A DNA stretch of 20,000 nt, taken from an uncultured virus (IMG/VR IMGVR_UViG_3300042898_004326) (taxonomy: Duplodnaviria; Heunggongvirae; Uroviricota; Caudoviricetes). The stretch is taken from IMG/VR virus record IMGVR_UViG_3300042898_004326. One strand, given 5' to 3'. Made by a program: the position numbers and the translations under genes. Under the pieces are notes generated by a model. It saw nothing but the letters and a program-made list of their open reading frames with translations. It searched no databases and was not told where the DNA came from. Of the stretch, positions 16,047-20,000 are shown piece after piece (the first letter of the stretch is position 1; each line of letters starts with the position of its first letter).

Positions 16047-16095
16047 AAAAGAAAAAGCCCCACGAGCAGATCTTACGGTATGCAGGTGGGAACTT
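16047..16095 (-). terminator. Probable intrinsic terminator of the right-hand operon
   Basis: Minus strand AAGTTCCCAC...GTGGGGCTT stem followed by a T-rich tract (TTTTTCTTTT), downstream of groES. Confidence 0.6.
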
Positions 16096-16139
16096 TCGGT
16101 CTAGGGAGACTATCCCTAGGGGGGTTCTTTACAAAGATA

Positions 16140-16427
16140 CTATTTCCAGACTACGGAGATATCGGCAGCACGGACAATTATCTTATCCTCTCCCTCTACA
16201 TCTATGTGTTCTGAGTTCCTGAGGAACATAAGGTTGACTGAGACCCGATCCCCAACCTCGATGCCTTCTACTTCTTCACCTATGGCGAATACTTCTAGTT
16301 GGTTCCACTTCTTCATCTGCTCTTCCAGAATTTCCTTTTCCAAGGTAGCGTTTACCTCGATAGCACTCTTCTTGATTTCGGGTGGAGTAAGTAGTACTCT
16401 CTGGCCCCTAACGATATACTTATTCAT
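16140..16427 (-). CDS. groES: GroES/Cpn10-like co-chaperonin
   Basis: 95 aa; GQRVLL, KSAIEV mobile loop, EVFAIGEEVEGIEVGDRV, IIVRAADI. Confidence 0.8.
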   Translation of the reverse strand: MNKYIVRGQRVLLTPPEIKKSAIEVNATLEKEILEEQMKKWNQLEVFAIGEEVEGIEVGDRVSVNLMFLRNSEHIDVEGEDKIIVRAADISVVWK

Positions 16428-16433
16428 AATTCT

Positions 16434-16658
16434 TTATTCAAAATCTACACCGTACTTAGACATAATCTCGCCAACAGTTTCTCTGAATTGATACAAGGCT
16501 TCAACAACCTTCTCATCATCTTCATCAGAGGCATACTTAGTACGTCTCCTTAATTCCTGGTCAATGTCCCAAGCCACGCAATACCATTTGTTTGCGTTGA
16601 CTACGAGTTCGAACTCAGCCCTCTCTTCGTCTAAATTAAATTCTAATATTGCTTTCAT
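16434..16658 (-). CDS. Conserved-type phage hypothetical protein (MKAILEFNL...)
   Basis: 74 aa, starts immediately after the tRNA. Confidence 0.78.
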   Translation of the reverse strand: MKAILEFNLDEERAEFELVVNANKWYCVAWDIDQELRRRTKYASDEDDEKVVEALYQFRETVGEIMSKYGVDFE

Positions 16659-16662
16659 TTTG

Positions 16663-16735
16663 AGCCACCTGTCGGATTCGAACCAACGACCATCTGATTA
16701 CAAATCAGAAGCTCTACCAACTGAGCTAAGGTGGC
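16663..16735 (-). tRNA. tRNA-Thr(UGU)
   Basis: GCCACCT/AGGTGGC acceptor stem, D arm GCTC-AGTTGGTA-GAGC, anticodon arm TCTGA-TTTGTAA-TCAGA, T loop GGTTCGAATCC. CCA is not encoded. Confidence 0.97.
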
Positions 16736-16742
16736 GTAGGCA

Positions 16743-16961
16743 TTAAGCCTTTTCCCAAGTACCCTCGGTTTCGATTACGCTTTCGCCTACGAAAACATAA
16801 ACCTTGGTGATACCTTCTTCAGTTTCTTTGTTGAAGATGATACCTGGTTTGTCTGAAAACTCGCTTGTGGGACGAGCAGTTGGAATTGTAGCACACAATT
16901 CAGTCATGTTCTCCAAGGTTACCTCAATAGCACCTGTGATTTCTTTTTTGGTTTTAGCCAT
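16743..16961 (-). CDS. Hypothetical protein
   Basis: 72 aa, A-rich leader. Confidence 0.72.
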   Translation of the reverse strand: MAKTKKEITGAIEVTLENMTELCATIPTARPTSEFSDKPGIIFNKETEEGITKVYVFVGESVIETEGTWEKA

Positions 16962-16975
16962 ATTCTTAATTTTTA

Positions 16976-17236
16976 TTATTTGGTTTGTTCTACTTGTTTG
17001 TGTTTCATTACTTCCATTATGGCGTATACGTCAGTCATGGAGATATTTGTTGTTCTGAGACCGTCTCCTGTTTCCACATAGTTAATTGCATCTTCTACCG
17101 TATTGGCATCCACAGGGTAGTTTTGCATCTCACCTTTCTTGTTCAACTCAAGGAGTTCTTCCATAGATTTCTTAGAAGCCCATACGAATGTCTTCATGTA
17201 ACGGAGATACCTCTTTTTATCTATTTTCGAGTCCAT
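16976..17236 (-). CDS. Hypothetical protein
   Basis: 86 aa, directly downstream of the internal promoter. Confidence 0.7.
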   Translation of the reverse strand: MDSKIDKKRYLRYMKTFVWASKKSMEELLELNKKGEMQNYPVDANTVEDAINYVETGDGLRTTNISMTDVYAIMEVMKHKQVEQTK

Positions 17237-18266
17237 TTATGGTTGCAAATATACGATAAGCGACTTGTGGAACAATGGCATTGCCATAACCCATTATGGA
17301 TTCTTTTCTCCACTTAGGAAAGGTAAGTCCGTCCAATTGATTGGGAAGCCCATCATCTCCGCTACAAAGTGGGGATTGAGTTGGGAACCTGCTCCAAGTT
17401 TCGGATGGTCCACCTTGTTGGGCATGAACATAGTCATCTGCCTTAAAGTCATCTGGAGAGTTACGTTGTTCTGCTTGTGCCTCTGAGATCGTGCTATGTA
17501 AGTCTCCGCTCTGGTTGCTGTGTTCCAGTCCTGAGCGTTTGGTGTCGGCAGCATTGAATTCAGTTTCTGACCCAAAGAATACCCTCTCGTTATCCCTATG
17601 CTCGGAGAATCCTTTCCGTTCCCTAGTGTGTCCTTCCAGTCTCTCGCATTCGGTGTTGGAAGCAGTCCCCTCATTGCCATTTGGCTGAGACCCAAGATGA
17701 ATGGAGGATTCCCCATTGCTATCTGTTTCGCATTCCGTGCGTCCACCTTCGCTGGGTCTGCCTCGTCCTGCATCGCTGTTGGCGTGGGCAATAATGTAAA
17801 CCCTGTCTCTGCGGTGAGGGGCGTTGATGCCGACAGCTGAAAGTACAAACGTTTGGACTTCGTAGCCTTCACTTTCCAAGTCAGCGTACACCTCTTCGAG
17901 GACCAATCCGTCCGACCAATTAAGGAGTCCACGAACATTTTCCCCCACGACATACCGTGGTCTGATTTCTCTGATTGCCCGGAACATTTCGGGCCAAAGA
18001 TGGCGTTCATCTTCTTTTCCCATCCTTTTTCCAGCGGTACTGAAGGGCTGACAGGGAAACCCACCGGAGAGGACATCAATTTTTCCTCTCCAAATTCTAA
18101 AGTCAGTTGTCTTGATATTGTCATAAGATTCGGCCTTGGGCCAATAAAAACTACATATTTTTCTACTAAAAGGATTGATATCGCAATGGAACTTATTGTC
18201 CCACCCCATCCACTCGGCCGCTAAATCAAATCCACCTATTCCGCTAAATAAACTACCGTGATTCAT
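17217..18266 (-). CDS. C5 DNA cytosine methyltransferase, alpha chain (motifs I-VIII and X)
   Basis: SLFSGIGG (I), GGFPCQPFS (IV), ENVRG (VI), HRRDRVYI (VIII), GNAIVPQVA (X). The variable region is low-complexity and no motif IX is apparent in this frame. Confidence 0.93.
   Translation of the reverse strand: MNHGSLFSGIGGFDLAAEWMGWDNKFHCDINPFSRKICSFYWPKAESYDNIKTTDFRIWRGKIDVLSGGFPCQPFSTAGKRMGKEDERHLWPEMFRAIREIRPRYVVGENVRGLLNWSDGLVLEEVYADLESEGYEVQTFVLSAVGINAPHRRDRVYIIAHANSDAGRGRPSEGGRTECETDSNGESSIHLGSQPNGNEGTASNTECERLEGHTRERKGFSEHRDNERVFFGSETEFNAADTKRSGLEHSNQSGDLHSTISEAQAEQRNSPDDFKADDYVHAQQGGPSETWSRFPTQSPLCSGDDGLPNQLDGLTFPKWRKESIMGYGNAIVPQVAYRIFATINGLENR
17246..17275 (-). promoter_or_regulatory. 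Internal Bacteroidota-type promoter within the MTase 3' end
   Basis: TTG-19 nt-TATATTTG; would drive 17236 through tRNA to groES. Confidence 0.55.
17294..18124 (-). CDS. Nested +1-frame ORF: putative methyltransferase beta chain (target-recognition repeats plus motif IX)
   Basis: 276 codons open entirely inside the MTase gene; LLPTPTAMQD, LLPTPNARDWK, MLPTPNAQDWN; C-terminal QLNPHFVAEMMGFPINWT. Confidence 0.82.
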   Translation of the reverse strand: MTISRQLTLEFGEEKLMSSPVGFPVSPSVPLEKGWEKKMNAIFGPKCSGQSEKSDHGMSWGKMFVDSLIGRTDWSSKRCTLTWKVKATKSKRLYFQLSASTPLTAETGFTLLPTPTAMQDEADPAKVDARNAKQIAMGNPPFILGLSQMAMRGLLPTPNARDWKDTLGNGKDSPSIGITRGYSLGQKLNSMLPTPNAQDWNTATRAETYIARSQRHKQNNVTLQMTLRQMTMFMPNKVDHPKLGAGSQLNPHFVAEMMGFPINWTDLPFLSGEKNP

Positions 18267-18537
18267 GATATTCTTTTTTTAAGCGATTAGCAATCTCCAA
18301 AGCTCTCGTATATGTCTTCATCTCCGTCCTCTTCCCAAATTCCCATTTTTGATGACATTGCATACAATACAGCATCCAATTTTCGGGATGTTGCCTCAAA
18401 CTCGGATAACTTCCTTTGGTAATGATATGTGAAATAAATGCTGGACTGAATTGTGGTAGATGTAGTCCACATTCCTCGCACTGGTGTTTTTGTCGTGTTG
18501 ACCACATATTCTTGTACCATTGGAGATCGCCTTTCAT
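18253..18537 (-). CDS. HNH-type (NinG/Rap-like) endonuclease
   Basis: CEECG, SHII, HPENWMLYCMQCH. Confidence 0.8.
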   Translation of the reverse strand: MKGDLQWYKNMWSTRQKHQCEECGLHLPQFSPAFISHIITKGSYPSLRQHPENWMLYCMQCHQKWEFGKRTEMKTYTRALEIANRLKKEYHESR

Positions 18538-19517
18538 TAACTAATTCTAAAAACTCTGGTTCCGTTCTTATTCGGTCTCCAAGTTACTTTTGCTACTTCG
18601 CTGTTGATAATTGAGGAGTTACCCATATGCGTTTTAATCATATTGGCGTGTTCTCTCTTACCTTCTTCCAAAGTACTAATCTGAGACCCGATGTCCAAAT
18701 AGTCCAAAATGTGTTGATCAATCTCCGGTGTAGAAGCAACAGTCTTGTCTTCAGGATTGGAGAACCTCTCGTTCAAGTATTCGGCATAAGCCTCTGTACC
18801 ATCTGGCGGTGGAGCATACTGATCGTAATCACCCCCGTTGGCTAATGCTTGACGGCCCAATAAAACACGCTTCCAAAATTCCTCGGTGATATTAATAATC
18901 GAACTAATAATATCCTCATCGGCATCGTATTCGTGAACCTTAAAGTTTCTTCCATCTTCCAAAACAACCAAGTAGCCCTTTGAAACACCAAGCCCCATCA
19001 TGTAAGTTTGAAGCTGCAAGTAATAGGATGGCGGTATTCCACCCTCCCATTGTTTACTACTCCAACCGCTGATGGTCTTAATCTCAGCAATCGCATCCAC
19101 GTTCTCTAAATTGATTGTAGAATTGCGAACACGAATGTCCTTACTCACAATTAATCGGTCTGGCGAAAAGAACAAATGCGGAAACGATGGGTTAACAATA
19201 TAACCTGTAGGTTCATAAAGATGTCTCTGTTTTAAACCTTTACGATAATTTTCAATCATCGTTGGCTCGTCATTTTGCCAATATTCAAAAATATCCGCTA
19301 CGGTCTGTTCCAAGATAGTACCCATAAACATCGGCATATTTTCCACCTGTTTCTGTGGAATTACACCAATCTTTTGGTAGTACAACTCTGCTGGAGACTT
19401 CCACGAGTTTACACCCATTAAGGTTCCAATCTCAGAAGCACCTAAACCCCTGTCACGGAAGTTCAACCACTCTTGGTACTGCTCGTCTTTACTTATTTTT
19501 ACTATCTCTAGTTTCAT
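18537..19517 (-). CDS. YqaJ-like viral recombinase / lambda-exonuclease family nuclease
   Basis: EWLNFRDRGLGASEIG, GTILE, SPDR, EIKT, YYLQLQTYM. Confidence 0.92.
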   Translation of the reverse strand: MKLEIVKISKDEQYQEWLNFRDRGLGASEIGTLMGVNSWKSPAELYYQKIGVIPQKQVENMPMFMGTILEQTVADIFEYWQNDEPTMIENYRKGLKQRHLYEPTGYIVNPSFPHLFFSPDRLIVSKDIRVRNSTINLENVDAIAEIKTISGWSSKQWEGGIPPSYYLQLQTYMMGLGVSKGYLVVLEDGRNFKVHEYDADEDIISSIINITEEFWKRVLLGRQALANGGDYDQYAPPPDGTEAYAEYLNERFSNPEDKTVASTPEIDQHILDYLDIGSQISTLEEGKREHANMIKTHMGNSSIINSEVAKVTWRPNKNGTRVFRIS

Positions 19518-19755
19518 CTCGCATTACCCATTTTTCAAACTTCTCGGCTGTTTCTAAAGTAAACTTTTCGAAATCACCAACTGAAAATTCTCCATTTAAT
19601 CTTGGTGAAATAATCTCAACAAAACTAAGTGCTGCCTTTAAACTCGACTGACGAATAATCGAAAGCTGTTCCTGCCCATAGTGTTTCATATGAGCAGGTT
19701 CAACCCTTTTTCCGATTTTTGCAGCGAGATTAGTATTACTAACGCCCCTTGACAT
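19489..19755 (-). CDS. Hypothetical protein of the recombination module (IIRQSSLKAA motif)
   Basis: 88 aa, between the SSB-like gene and the exonuclease. Confidence 0.72.
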   Translation of the reverse strand: MSRGVSNTNLAAKIGKRVEPAHMKHYGQEQLSIIRQSSLKAALSFVEIISPRLNGEFSVGDFEKFTLETAEKFEKWVMRDETRDSKNK

Positions 19756-20000
19756 TAAAACGGCAGATCAGTCTCTTCGTCAAATGAAGAACTTAGAGCC
19801 TCTTCATTTGGCTCTGGCATTAATTTCTGCCAATCTTGTTGTTCTACCTCACCGGCCATCATTTTGTTGGCAGCGGCAGCTTCTTTAACACGAGCGTGGA
19901 ATTCGTTAATCTTGTCCATACGGAAAGCCTCAACTTCACTCCAATCGATTGAAATCAATTCGCCCTTTTTGTTAAACACTTCTTCGGGATCAGGCATACC
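19755..20000 (-). CDS. 3' part of a probable single-stranded DNA-binding protein (partial)
   Basis: Frame is open to the window edge; ends in the acidic tail SFDEETDLPF typical of SSBs. Confidence 0.62.
   Translation of the reverse strand, partial: GMPDPEEVFNKKGELISIDWSEVEAFRMDKINEFHARVKEAAAANKMMAGEVEQQDWQKLMPEPNEEALSSSFDEETDLPF

Noticed and set aside
16663..16735. tRNA as a prophage attachment site / host boundary
   Set aside because: Phage-type genes continue on both sides, there is no duplicated tRNA 3' end, and no adjacent integrase.
17217..18266. Frameshifted MTase pseudogene or sequencing error
   Set aside because: Both frames are open over the entire overlap and motif X returns in the original frame, which a single indel cannot explain.
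479..19651. Plus-strand ORFs of 60-123 aa in the ORF track
   Set aside because: Almost all are antisense shadows of well-supported minus-strand genes. The two in the non-coding region (15501-15707, 15688-15894) just translate repeats.
464..20000. Stop-codon reassignment
   Set aside because: Polymerase, helicase, exonuclease and MTases are intact in the standard code, and TAA, TGA and TAG all end genes at sensible positions.

Overview
This window is part of an AT-rich dsDNA tailed-phage genome. The host is most likely Bacteroidota, inferred from TAnnTTTG-type -7 promoter elements and A-rich translation starts that mostly lack Shine-Dalgarno sites. Nearly all genes are on the minus strand. From right to left the window holds: a recombination/modification block (SSB-like acidic tail, YqaJ exonuclease, HNH nuclease, C5 methyltransferase, tRNA-Thr(UGU), GroES); a ~950 bp repeat-rich non-coding region (candidate genome terminus or origin); a promoter-punctuated array of small early-type genes with two more C5-MTase-family genes, DUF1281, WYL_2-like and FlbD-like paralogues; a serine recombinase, a membrane-anchored GH73 hydrolase, a DnaA domain IV-like HTH protein and a set of shuffled mini-genes; a T7 gp4/Twinkle-type primase-helicase; a family B DNA polymerase; and the 3' end of a convergent plus-strand gene. 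The most notable feature is the 17.2-18.3 kb methyltransferase, which appears to be split over two nested reading frames. The outer frame carries motifs I-VIII and X. A fully nested +1-frame ORF carries three LPTP repeats and a motif IX-like segment, suggesting an M.EcoHK31I-type two-chain, possibly multispecific enzyme. All family calls come from recognising motifs by eye; no database searches were run.
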